From: Ptychomitrium polyphyllum
Taxonomy: Eukaryota
Reading direction: 5' to 3'
NCBI GenBank assembly: GCA_973851085.1
Contig: OZ316776.1
Coordinates: 7,068,001 to 7,132,000 of the forward strand
DNA length: 64,000 nucleotides
The notes beneath the pieces were generated by a model, which saw nothing but the letters and a program-made list of their open reading frames with translations, made no database searches and was not told where the DNA came from. The position numbers and the translations under genes are program-made. This document shows, in pieces, positions 1 through 12,200 of the stretch. Each line of letters starts with the position of its first letter. Within the stretch, counting starts at the first letter, position 1.

Positions 1-145
1 CAGAGGGAGGCATAAGTTCTGTCTACTGCATCAACATATGCTTCCCAAATAATCTCTTTCACCTTGTCATCTTTTCACGTGCACAGCAACTCCAGTGTTA
101 ATGGACTAACAAGAGTCCTTAACAACGGAAATCGTATCTGCTCAC

Positions 146-981
146 CTTGATTGTTGACACCAATCCGAGCCTAAATCCCGCCCCACAGAACAAAGCTCAT
201 CGATGAGTTAGAATGCCCAAGTCAACTAAATTTACTCGCCTAATAAAAGCAACAACAGATATCTAATCGACGCTTAACTCACACAGGCAGAATTGGCAAA
301 AAGCGCAAAACAAAGATGACATCACCTTCGCATGTTACTGCTATCATAGAAAATATTACTTCATTTAATTAATTACTATTTGTTGATGGTTTAGCTACAA
401 GCGATCTATGGCAAACACAAACCGCTACAACCCCAATTTCCTCAAAATTAATATAACCCTAACTATACCCTGACGACAAGTATCTCTATTAATTCGGTCT
501 CTCTAGAACCAATGTAATATATCTTTCTGTATGCTGCAGTGAAAGTATATTGTGAATGTTGCTGTTCAAGCATAGTCCGCACATTTCTCAAAACAGGGCC
601 CCATCGAGCTAGAAGGGAGTGATGTGAAACTCACCTGTCCGCCATGGTCCCAATGGAACGAAACGCAATGATGAGAGTTCGATCAGGATTTGAGCCCCTG
701 TTCTGCCACCGCCCAAGGGAGGACATGAAGTCGCCCTGCGCACCGTTGGGCTTGGATATTATCGTCGACAGCCCGCCGTCTGTGAGAAGAGGATTTGAAG
801 GCCCACCCACACGAACAGGATCGCTGGAAGTTGAATCCGAAAACGTTCGCCACTCCGAGCTCTCATCTACCGAATGCTGCTCTAGGACTAACCCGCACTC
901 TGCACACACCATATCCCCAGCAGCATGGTCTACCACTACCTCTGTCGCCTTCCGACACTCGGGACATATCGTCTTATTCAT
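146..981 (-). CDS. TFIIB: Transcription initiation factor IIB (TFIIB), 5' part; coding exons 981-635 and a 25-nt exon 170-146; gene continues beyond window start
   Basis: The ATG at 981 gives MNKTICPEC...[16 protein letters not shown] (Zn ribbon), then EWRTF (B-reader) and RVGGP. The GT donor at 634 and AG acceptor at 172-171 splice in frame to give ...[12 protein letters not shown], followed by another GT donor at 145. Confidence 0.95.
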
Positions 982-1290
982 GTTTTGATGCTTGCGCTTA
1001 CAAATTGTTGGCAACAGTTACTTCGTGTTTGTTCTGCAACGATGCTGGCTCTTCAATCTCTGAACCCCAGCAGACAATTCAACGTCAAAAACCCCTACTA
1101 ACCTCCCTTATATACTCCCTTCTCCTCAGTATTTTCCTTGGGAATCACGCAACCTAACCTCTTCCCTACTTCAACGAAAACCAACAACCACTAAACCCCT
1201 CACGAAATCCACACTCAAAACTCCAAAGATAAGCCCCCACTCAAACATCACTGTCGGAATCACATTCGCTACCGATTCTCAAGCCGAAAT

Positions 1291-1299
1291 TTAGGGTTT
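1291..1299 (-). promoter_or_regulatory. Telo-box AAACCCTAA upstream of the TFIIB ATG
   Basis: Exact TTAGGGTTT on the + strand, in the pyrimidine-rich 5' region of TFIIB. Confidence 0.4.
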
Positions 1300-2231
1300 A
1301 TAAAAAACCTTAATGCAATTCACCACCAAAAAACACAAAGAATCTCAACTCTCAACCCTCAAAACCACTTCACTCCTGTCAAAGTTTCCCAAACCGTCAT
1401 AAAAACTTCGCAAACAAGTGCAAAAAAACACGAATGGCATAAACCGAGACGGCTAAGCTGATCCATATTGAACCCCGAGCAGATTCCTCAAAATTCTACC
1501 CGAAACCACGAAATTTGCGCACTGAGTGCAACAGTACGAAGGCAACAACAGCAAGTATGTATGATCCATGATCCCACACAGAGGTTGCGAGCACATGATT
1601 GAATAATCCAAAGGTAAGGCTGATGATCCAAAGCTACGAGTAGGGTGTCACAGTCAGAGCGTGATATCACCTGCCTTAGGAAGCGTGAACAAAAACCTCA
1701 GCCAACGATCCTCTCTCACAGTTCGTAACTCCACTGCCGCAATTAGAAATTCCAAGTGGAACTCCGACACTACCAATGAAGGAATACATGCATGCATGAA
1801 GTGAGTGGCTTCCTTCACCGACTGGGCACCAAATGGAACGCCGTAAGCGCCAGTTAAGTGGGGTAGGTTTGGTCTGGTGGACGAGCGCCTGCAAGACAAT
1901 CGCCGCGGCGGACCTAGCGCGCGAGGAGCGAGCGAGCGGTCGCCGTGATCAGCGAAGTGTAATCTCGCTGCGAGCGCTGGATTCAAGGTTTTCCTCGCAG
2001 GCGCGGCCATGAGGCACCGCTAGTCTTCCTGAGGCACGGCGACCAGCGCCTTTTCTGGGTCTCCCTTGCGACCGTGGACAAGTGATTGTACCTTTATGAA
2101 TCTAGTTTTTTCAATTGTACAGTATGAAAATTTAAAGTTTGGATTTTAACAAAGTTTACTTCTGTGTTTTCGTATTATAAATGGATGTATTTGATAAAGC
2201 TATAGATTTCATTTATTGATATTAGTTTAAA

Positions 2232-3116
2232 TGTCGCAATCCTTGTAATGCACCTTAATAAACATCATGTGCGTCAACCCTGTACATCCCCACATGCACA
2301 TGGTTAATTTCTATTTTCACTCTCCAAGTTCCAAGCTTGGTTTTCAATTCCCCCTACCATTTTTCTTAGAACACCCAATTGATTGGTAGCCAATGGTTAC
2401 GTGCGGACTTCCATTCATGTCCAAGGCCTCACTTGGTGTTACTCCCATTTCACACAGCCTAACCGCACTTAGTGGTGTCTCCTCATTACCACACATAATT
2501 TCCATGTGATTCTAAGATCATCCCGGGCCATCATGGTGCCGGCGTAAAAACACCACCTCAACTTAATAGTAACGAGCGTGCCCTTGTAATCTTACTAGTT
2601 CTCTTGGTGAAATCGGTCATCCACCGGCTCATAATGGTGTGGAAGTCCCCGTGGTGAAGCCCCAACACTAGCTCCACCAATTGGAACTCATTCTTGGTTC
2701 TTACTAGGACACTAAGGGAGTGGGGAGGGGGATCAGCCCTCCCCTATAGTACTCTCTATGGAATTCGGCAAGCCCCTTGGCCCTCTGTAGGTGGCTGAAC
2801 CTCAACACACCAAAACTTTTGGAAGACCACCCGATCTTCCTTGGGAATTAGCCGTTGGAAGCCTCCAAGACTTCCTGCAAACCTCTAGGGAGCCATATTT
2901 TCCACGTTTGGTGTCCGAATCTACTGCGCAACCACTCTATCGTCATTTATGCTTTGCGTAGATGCCAATAAACTCTTCAAATGTCCGATTTGACTTAGTA
3001 TTTTGGGAGATGTGCCTCTCCTAAGGTTTGGAACTCTTGAGGAGTCCCTCCTTATGCTATCCCAAATAAATACAGTCACTCTCAAGGGCTGCCACAGTCC
3101 AAAACAGCCTCTTGGC
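2232..3116 (-). repeat. Family A 3' LTR, left fragment, interrupted by family B at 3117
   Basis: Near-identical to 14563-~15447 by eye. It breaks at cttggc|tgttaagg. Confidence 0.9.
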
Positions 3117-3657
3117 TGTTAAGGGCACAAGAAATATGAAGCAAAAACGAAGTGTTTCCCAAGAATTAGCTTCCAAAGAACTAATGATTAACAAGAAGTT
3201 GATACAAAGACTACAACAAGGTAGGATTCAAGATGATCTACAACTTTTGTTGGCAAGATTAAGGAATACCTTGTCTTGCCTCCTATTTATACTATGACGT
3301 TTGTATCTCCTAGGATATTTTTAAAGAAGCTTCCTAATAGGCTTAAGAATGTTCTAGAAATCTAGGGAACCTTCCCAAGAAGTTTTGTAAGATGTTGGAA
3401 CCTTCCTAAGAGTCTTCCAAGGAGTTGGAACCTTCCTTGGAAGTTTCCTAAGGTAGCGGAACTTTCTTTGGAAGTTTTCTAAGATGATGGAACCTTCCTA
3501 GGAAGTTTCATAAGGTGGAAGACCTTTCCTAAGAAGCTTCCTAAAAACATGGAAAAGACTATGGTGACATCTAAAAGTATTCTAAAAAGCTATTATAGTA
3601 TACTAGAGGGTTCTAGAATGTTTTAAGGATTATGTTGCATGATCTATGTCCGTAACA
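3117..3657 (-). repeat. Family B LTR (B1)
   Basis: Bounded TG...CA (tgttaagg...cgtaaca), with an internal GGAAGTTTCCTAAG-like tandem array. Homologous to 4215-4826 and 7720-8290. Confidence 0.9.
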
Positions 3658-4214
3658 GTAGGTACAAAAGTCCTTTATAATAAAGTAGGCCTTCTTGGAA
3701 TTCAAAGTCCTCATCGCTGTTTGAAGGACCTCCATTGTCTTTGAGGCACTTCTTTATATTTGAAATAAAGACGTCATTCTTTAAAGCCTTCCGAATTTTG
3801 TCACGATGGGATGTAATTGTAATAATGGTTGCTTTCAATTGAAGATTCTTAGGCTTTAATAAAATAGTCCTTTGTTGATTCAAAACATCATCTCCAGGTT
3901 GAGGAACTAAATAACATCTTTGAGATAAGGCATCAGGCTTACCTTGTAAGCTACCAGATCAATAGGTAATGAAAAAGTCAAATTTGGAAAGCGACATACT
4001 CCACCTTGCTTGACGGCGATTCAAAATGCGCGCACTCATGAAATACTCCAAGTTCTTGTGGACTGTGTATATTGTGATGGTATGTTGAGCTCCTTCCAAT
4101 AAGTGTCGCCATTCTTCAAACGCATCCACAATTGCAAGTGGTTCTTTATCATGTATATCATAGTTGATCTTTGCCGCTGAGAACTTCCTTGAACAAAAGG
4201 CAAGAGGGTAAAGT

Positions 4215-4826
4215 TGTTAGGGACACAAAAAACAAGAAGCAGAAACGAAGTGTTTCCCAAGAATTAGCTTCCAAAGAACTAATGATTAACAAGAAGTTGA
4301 TACAAAAACTAGAACAAGGGAGGATTCAAGATGATCCACAACTTGTGTTGGCAAGATTAAAGAATACCTTGTCTTGCCTCCTATTTATACTATGACATTT
4401 GTATCTCCTAGAATACTTCTAAAGAAACTTCTTAAAAGGCTTAAGAATGTTCTGGAGGTCTAAGGAATCTTCCCAAGAAGTTTCCTAAGATGATGGAACC
4501 TTCTTAACTGGCTTCCAAGGAGTTGGAAACTTCCTTGGAAGTTTTCTAAGGTAGCGGAACTTTCTTAGGAAGTTTCCTAGATAATGGAACCTTCCTAGGA
4601 AGTTTCCTAAGGTGATGGAATCTTTGTAGGAAGTTTCCTACGAAGTTGCCTAAGATGATAGAACCTTTGTAGGAAGTTTTCTAAGGTGGAGGAACTTTCC
4701 TAAGAAGCTTCCTAAGAATATGGAAAGACTATGGAGACATCTAAAAGTATTATAAGATGCTATTATAGTATACTAGAAGGTTCTAGATATTCTAAGGACT
4801 ATGTTGCATGATCTATGTCCGTGACA
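4215..4826 (-). mobile_element. Family B solo LTR inserted in the RNase H of a family B element
   Basis: Bounded TG...CA with a perfect 5-bp TSD AAAGT (4210-4214 and 4827-4831). Removing it restores [18 protein letters not shown]. Confidence 0.92.
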
Positions 4827-7719
4827 AAAGTCTCCCGGCTTCATTATATTGTGAGAGTAGTAAGCCAAGCGTAAAATCTGAGGCATCCGCTTCCAAATAA
4901 AAAAGCTTTGATGGATTTGGATGAATAAGCATTGGAACCGACGTGAATGATTTCTTAAGACTTTGAAATGCTTTTTCCGCCTCTTCATTCAAATGAATTT
5001 TTGCTTTTCCGTAAGACGTGTAAATGGTGCTGCAATCTTGGAATAATTCTTGATGAATATTCTGTAAAAGTTTGCAAATTCCAAGAAGCATTGAATATCT
5101 CGAATTGATCTTGGCGTACTCCACTCCATGACAGTGCTTATTTTTTTTCTATCCATATGGATTCCTCCTTTGAAAATGATGTAGCCTAAAAATTCAACCA
5201 AGGATTCATGGAAAAGGCACGTCTCCAATTTGGCATATAATCCTCGCTAGCGTAATTTTTCTAAGACCAGTTGCATATGGCATTCGTGGTCTTGTTCATC
5301 CTTTGAATATATCAAAATGTCATCTTAGTAGATGACTACAAAATCGTCCAAATGTTCATGGAAGATATCATTCGTCATATATTGAAAGACTGCTAGGGCA
5401 TTAGTAAGGCCAAAAGGCATGACATTGTATTCAAAATGACCATACCTAGATCGAAAAGCTGTCTTCCATTCGTCTCCTTCTTTGATGCGTATAAAATTGT
5501 AAGCTCCTCTAAGATCAATTTTGGTGAATATCTTTGCTTGGCCAAGTTGTTGTAGGAGTCCTGAGATTAGTGGTAATGAATAGCGATTCTTTTTTGTTAC
5601 TTTATTAACATCTCAATAGTCCACGCATATACGTAATGATCCATCTTTCTTCTTTACAAATAGAATGGGTGCTCTAGCAAGTGATTTAGAGTGTTGAATG
5701 AAACCCTTTCCAAGGTTTTCATCACTATATTCTCTCAAGGCAGCCAACTCAATTTGTGATAAGTTATAAATAGGTCCAAAAGGTGGTTGGGCTCCTTCGT
5801 GCAACCCAATGGTACAATTGTAAGGCCGGTGCTTTGGTAACATGTCCGCATCTTTCTTTTCAAAAAAGTCTTTATAATCTTGATATTAATGAAGTATATT
5901 TTGATTAGTCTCTATTGTAGAGCTAGACATTGGCATGACATAAATGGCATAGATTGGTTCATCTTTTGCCGCTCTCATAAATGCCTTAGCTCCAATAAAC
6001 GATGGTCCAAGATTTCTCGTACCTTGGCGTCTTGTCCTTCAGACCACACTCCGTGAGCGCTAGTCAATGTCTGGATTATGTAATTCAAATCAAGGAAGGT
6101 CCAAAATAATAGGATTTGTTCGGCATTGAATGATGTTGAAGATAATCTTAGATGCCAAGTATCTTAAAACAACCTCTAAGGGTTGAGTTTCTTCAATAAC
6201 GTTGCCAAACACAAGAGATCGTCCATCAATAACTTCAACAGGTGCGGGATATTTTTTCTTCACAAGCACCATGTGATGTTTGGTTGCAAAATCCTTGTCC
6301 ATAAAACATGCCGTTGCACTAGTGTTTAAAAGAGCCTCACTAATTATTTCATCATTTAATAATTTTATTTTGATAGGAAATGTAAAACAAGAGGTAGGGC
6401 TTGAGGGTAGTAAGAGACCTTGATTTGATGTTGGTTTCCTTGCGGTGTCTAGTCGCATGGTCCCTATTGTGACTGGACAGCCTCGTTGTCCAACTCCACC
6501 TTTATGCTTTGAGCCTTAAAGGCAGATCCTTTGATTTGGCAATCGCACACTTTATGTCCAGACTTGCCACAATACAAGTATAGGTTTTTCCTTCAACGTC
6601 TTTCTTTTTCTTCTGGAGTCAAACACCTAAACTGGGCAGCATCAATTTGCATAGGTTTTAGTCCTTGTGGTTGGTTTTCTAATATTCTTGAGGAAGTGGT
6701 AGCTATGCTTTGATGTACTGGTCGCCATCCCAAGCGTTGATTTTGGCGCCTCTCAAATAGTTTGTTGTGACATGCTATTGCCTGAGTGATGAATTCGTCC
6801 AATGTTTCAACTCTTGGCATTGTGAGTAGCAAGTCCTTCACCCTCTCTCTTAAGCCCCATTGGAATCATGTGACCAAGGCTTTATCATTCCAATCAAGGT
6901 TGCAAGCTAATTGTCGAAACTCTGCAGCATATGTAGCAGCTAAGTGTTGTCCTTGTTGAAGACTTTGGATCCTTATTTCAGCCACCGTCTCTTGGTCGGT
7001 GTCTCCAAAAATAGATGTCAATGCTTTAATAAAAGCATCTAAGTTGTTCAATAATGATGACTGCTTCTCCATTAGTGGTGTAAACCACAATAATGTATTG
7101 TTTGATAAAAGAGTGGCCACAAATCCCACTTAAATTGTGCCATCAAAATAGCAAGATTGTGGCAAACTAAAGAAGAGACTTACTTGTTGAACAAAGCCTC
7201 TCAATTTTGATCTTGATCCATCGAACTTGTCTGGCATGCTGATCTTTGGCTTTGCATGGATTCGACGTAAGTCTTTCCTTCCAATATTTGCTTCTCGTAA
7301 TAAAACAACCTCTTGATATAGGCTTTGAATATCACCATTGGATTCTTCAGCTTGTTGAGTATGTTGCTCCAAATTGATTGTGGTATTAAAATGGACGACT
7401 TCCGTTCAAATTGTGTTTATTAATTCTTGAAGGTCTGCAATAGTTGCAAACCTATTCTTTGATGATCGAGGCACGTTATTCATTTCTTAAGATTCTCAAA
7501 GACAGAAAGACTTTAAGTACCTTCAAAGGAGGAAAATCTACGTCCTTTGAAAGAAGTAATATTTAGTTTTAGAAGGAGAAACCAACTCTATGGTGCCAGC
7601 TTAGAAGAGGGTAATCCGCAACCTCTAAGACGCTATGGAATCCTAAAGAAGATGGGTAATCCACAATCTTCTTCAAAGAACCTTAGCTCTAACAGAGATG
7701 AAAAATGGTTTTGCCAAAC

Positions 7720-8290
7720 TGTTAGGAATTTAAGAAACAAGAAGCAGAAACAAAGTGTTTTCTAAGAATTAGCTTCCAAAGATCTAATGATTAACAAGAA
7801 GTTGATACAAAGACTACAACAAGGTAGGATTCAAGATGATCCACAACTTGTGTTGGCAAGACTAAGGAATATTTTGTCTTGCCTTCTATTTATACTATGA
7901 CATTTGTATCTCCTAGGATACTTCTAAAGAAGCTTCTTAAAAGGCTTAAGAATGTTCTGGAGGTCTAAGGAATCTTCCCAAGAAGTTTCCTAAGATGTTG
8001 GAACCTTCTTTGGAAGTTTTCTAGGATAGCTGAACTTTCTTAGGAAGTTTCCTAAGGTGGAGGAACTTTTATAGGAAGTTTCTTAAGATAATGGAACCTT
8101 CCTAGGAAGTTATCTAAGATGATAGAAATTCTAGGAAGTTTCCTAAGGTGGAAGAACTTTTCTGGGAAGCTTTTTAAAAATATGGAAAAGACTATGGTGA
8201 CATCTAAAATTATTCTAAAAAGCTATTATAGTATATTAGAAGGTTCTAGAATGTTCTAAGGACTATGTTGCATGATCTATGTTAATGACA
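7720..8290 (-). repeat. Family B 5' LTR (B3)
   Basis: Runs tgttagg...aatgaca, with TATAAATA on the minus strand at 7894-7887. It abuts a PBS-position sequence at 7708-7717 and lies upstream of gag. Confidence 0.9.
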
Positions 8291-8486
8291 AAGTCTACTC
8301 GTCGTGAGTACTTTAATGCCTACAATTTATCCTTTGTGGGCCTTGGTCTATATGGGCTAGGATGTTTCTTCCCTGGAGATCCTTCCCACGCTAGGCCTAC
8401 TTGGCGCCACAACTCTCAGACGTCACTCCGAGGGTCATCTTGTACCTTTAGTGTTGTAGGCACTCCTGAAGGAGAGGTGCACAATA
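8291..8486 (-). repeat. Family A 3' LTR, right (U3-end) fragment, followed by the polypurine tract
   Basis: Homologous to, but clearly diverged from, 15515-15726. The adjacent ctcacctccacc reads as a purine tract on the minus strand. Confidence 0.75.
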
Positions 8487-9269
8487 CTCACCTCCACCTA
8501 AATGAAGTCGATGCTTTCATCGATACACTTATAGTTGGCATACCAATTTCAAGGTTGCCATTCTCTAGTGGTGCAACATTGTGTTTCATTCAGTATGTGA
8601 CTCCCACAATGCATCCATAAATCTTTGGCAAAGTCTCTTAGATGTCGTTTAGAAGGTGGTTTATTTAGGCAGTCCAGACAAAATTCTTGGGGCCCTAAAC
8701 TACTCTAGACCTATCTACTTTGAGACCCTGTTGGGATAGGCTCCCTAATTAGGCTACACTTCCCTAACTCTACCTTCTTGACTAGGGTGAACCTCAATGC
8801 TCCTCCAAGTTGTCTTGGTTACAAGCCCAAGGTGGCTTTTACTCCACAACTCGATTGCACAAGGATAATGCCTAGTTCTGCCCAACTTGGATCCCACTAT
8901 CTCTTTTGAGACATGAATTCATGATTTTTATGCACTAACTTTTGTTAGTTTGTAGGAGTTGCGCTTTTATGAGCACGCGCCATTACCTTGTCTTTGCCCT
9001 GACAAGCCCGAGACTAAGAAGTTTTATGATTTTAACCATTCCTCATCCCAGCCTTGGTCCCCATTACTCGGCCTTTCCAACTTGGCTTCACATGTCTATT
9101 CCTCCTCTTCTACCAACTTAGCACAAGCACAAGACTATGATGTCTTCTTATATTCTTTTCTTTGCACATACAAAAGTTGAACTTTATTGCCATAAGTCAA
9201 AGAACCGATATATGATGTAAAGAAGATACTGCTACAAGCCTCTTTCTCCCTACTAGAAGAGATTGATGT

Positions 9270-12200
9270 CCTCATCAATGCCCACGTTGTCTTTTGTTGG
9301 AGTTCTTTTCTCTTTCAAAGCGTTCCACCACTTCATTGGCATTTCTCAAGTCCTTGACTGCTATCCCAATTGCTTCCTTTTCATGGTACACTTTCCACAT
9401 CACCAAATATTCTTTTCTATTTTCTTGTGGTGCCTATACTTGAAAATTCCTTCTACTTCGTATTCTAAGTGGTCGCCCACCAATTCCGTTAATGGCCAAA
9501 TCACTTACTTGCGATTGGGCCATAAGTTATTTTTTTTGAATGGCTTAAAGAGTGAGACATGAAATATTGGGTGCACTTTAATTTCAGGTGGTAGCTCCAA
9601 CTTATACACATCTTTAAATACCCGCTCTACAATGGAAAACGGCTTTGCAAACTTGGACATGTTCTTTGAAGTGAGGCCTTTGAGCAAGCTAAAGTTCTTC
9701 ACATTCAACAACACCTTTTTGCCTACTTCATACTCCACTTCACGTCTTCCGGCATTGACTTGTTTCTTATACCGCTTTTGTGCCTTTTCCAACAAAAGCT
9801 CAGTCTTCTCCAACATTTGTTCCCGCTTTTTGGCCAAGTCCTCACCATCTTGGTTAAACTCTAGTGTTGCATGTGTTCCTTTGAGAGCTAAGTTGGCAGG
9901 CTGGAGTGGCTCCATTCCATAGGCCACCTTAAATGGCGACTGCTTTGTTGCCGAATGATTGGCCGCATTGTAACTAAACTTTGCTAGGCTCACATAATCC
10001 ACCCAATCGCCCTGGTCTGCACTCACAAAGTTCCTCAAGTATTGGTTCAAGATTCTATTTATTTGTTCCGTTTGCTCATCCGTTTGAGGATTGAAGGCAA
10101 TGCTAAAAGTCAATTTGGTTTTAACTTTCCTAAAGAAATATTTTCAAAAAGCACTAGTGAATTTTGAATCTTAATCCGACACAATCACTCTAGGCAACTC
10201 GTGATGTTTCCACCATACATCCAGGAATAGCTTTGCGATCTCATATGCAGTTATGGTTCCTCTAGTTGGCACCATGTGCGCCAACTTGCTAAAGCGATCC
10301 ACCATCACAAAGATGGCATCACGCCCTTGCGACTCTAAAAGACTTGAGATGAAGTCCGTAGACACGCTATGTTATGGATTCGGCAGAATCGGCAAAGGTT
10401 GTAGTAGACCGGATTGCTTTTGGTAAGAGGTTCTATTGAGTTGGCACTTCACACAAATTTTTACAAAGCAGGTAATCTCCGCTTTCATGCCTGGCCAATA
10501 GTACCTTTTTTACACTGCCGCTATGGTAGTTTTTTCCCCTCTATGGCCAGCTATGGAACTATCATGTTCTTCTTGCATGAGCACTCCGCCAATGGCAAAG
10601 TCACTTGCATCTGTATGGACCTCAAAGGGCTTTTCAAACTCGGGAAACTTCAATACCGGCGGTTGTGACAACTTGTCCTTGAGTTCTTTAAAAGCTTTGT
10701 GACAAAACTCATTCCATATTTGGCTAGCTCTTTTCTTCAACAAGTCAAACAAAGGTCTAGTAATATTGGAGAAGTTGCATATGAACCTCCTATAATAATT
10801 TGCTACGCCAAGAAATGATCTCAGCCTCTTTTGTGTAGAAGGTTGTTTCCACTCTCTATATGCCTTTATCTTCCTTATGTCCAGCTTGATTCCATCATCC
10901 GTCATCATATGGCCCAAGTACTCAATCTCAAGTTGAGCAAACTCACTCTTTTCTCTATTGGCATACAGTTTGTGGTCCCTAAGTCTTTGAAGCACCACTT
11001 CGAAGTGCCTTGCATGTTCTTCTACTGACTTGGAGTACACCAAGATGTCATCAATATAGACAATGTTAAAGTCATCCATCTCTTCTCAAAAGATGGTATT
11101 CATGAGGGTCGTGAACGTCGAAGGAGCATTACACAACCTGAATGGCACCACCAAAAATTCATAGGACCCATACCTAGTGCGACATGCAGTCTTTGGCACA
11201 TCTTCATCCGCAATGCGCATTTGATAGTAGCCCGACTTCAAGTCTATCCGACTAAAGTATTTAGCTCCCGCCAATCTATTAAAGAAGTCATCAATTCGAG
11301 GCAAAGGATAATTGTTTTTCATGGTGGCTTTATTCAAGGCTCTATAGTCAATACACATGCGGAGCTTGCCATCCTTTTTGTCTACAAAGAAGACCGGTGC
11401 TCCATATGGCAACTTTCTTGGCCTAATATAGCTTCTTTCCAACAAGTCATTCAATTGCTTCTTCAATTCTTCTAGTTCTTTTTGGTTCAACCAGTATGGA
11501 GCCTTTGAAGGAGGCTTTGTTCCTGGTATCACTTCAATTTTGTGATTTACTTCTCTTTTTGGCGATAATTCTGCGGGCAGCTTATTGATGAGTATATCCT
11601 TGTAACCACTTAGTACATTTTGAATGCACTTGGAAATTGTCCTAACCTCCTTGGCACTTGGCTTATTCCCTTCTTCTTGTTCCATTCACATCACAATCAT
11701 AAATTAATTATTCTCTAATTGCTTTAAGGAGACTAAGTTCAACTTTCCTCCCGCAACCATAGGAGTCCTAGTCAACTTCAATATTGCCTCCTTCCCACCA
11801 TGGCGCACTATTAACTGTGTTGGCTTTGGGTTCACATCTTCGACATGAATTTTGAAAAATTATCACCTAAAATGAGGTCTACTTCATCCATCTCACATAG
11901 TGTAAAACTTTCTTTCAACTCCAATGTCCCACTACTTAAGGCCACATCCAACACCACCTCCTTCGTCTCGTATGGTTTGCCTTTAGCAAATCGTATGTTG
12001 ATGGGCTTACTAGCTTTTTGAGCTAAACTCCCTTGCTAGCTTGGGACTCATGAAGGAGTGCGTTGCCCCTGTATCAATCAAACAAGAGACATTTTTGCCA
12101 TTTATTTAAGCCTCAAGGTATAAGAGACTCGACCTTGGCTTAAGGCTACTAGCCTTGGCCACAAATCCACCTTCTAAAATGTGATCCACAACACAAGTGT

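Larger units (their letters stand above)
3117..8290 (-). mobile_element. Decayed Ty3/gypsy element, family B (fungal-like chromovirus pol), truncated before integrase
   Basis: LTRs at 3117-3657 and 7720-8290. Remnants include gag (PDKFDGSRSKLRGF; CLYCGKSGH Zn knuckle), protease (ALLNTSATACF), RT ([10 protein letters not shown]...[12 protein letters not shown]) and RNase H (LEADASDF), with many stops and frameshifts. Confidence 0.9.

Noticed and set aside
3112..3297. Repeated small ORFs KRSVSQELASKELMINKKLIQ (also 4171-4395)
   Set aside because: They lie within family B LTRs and are non-coding repeat sequence.
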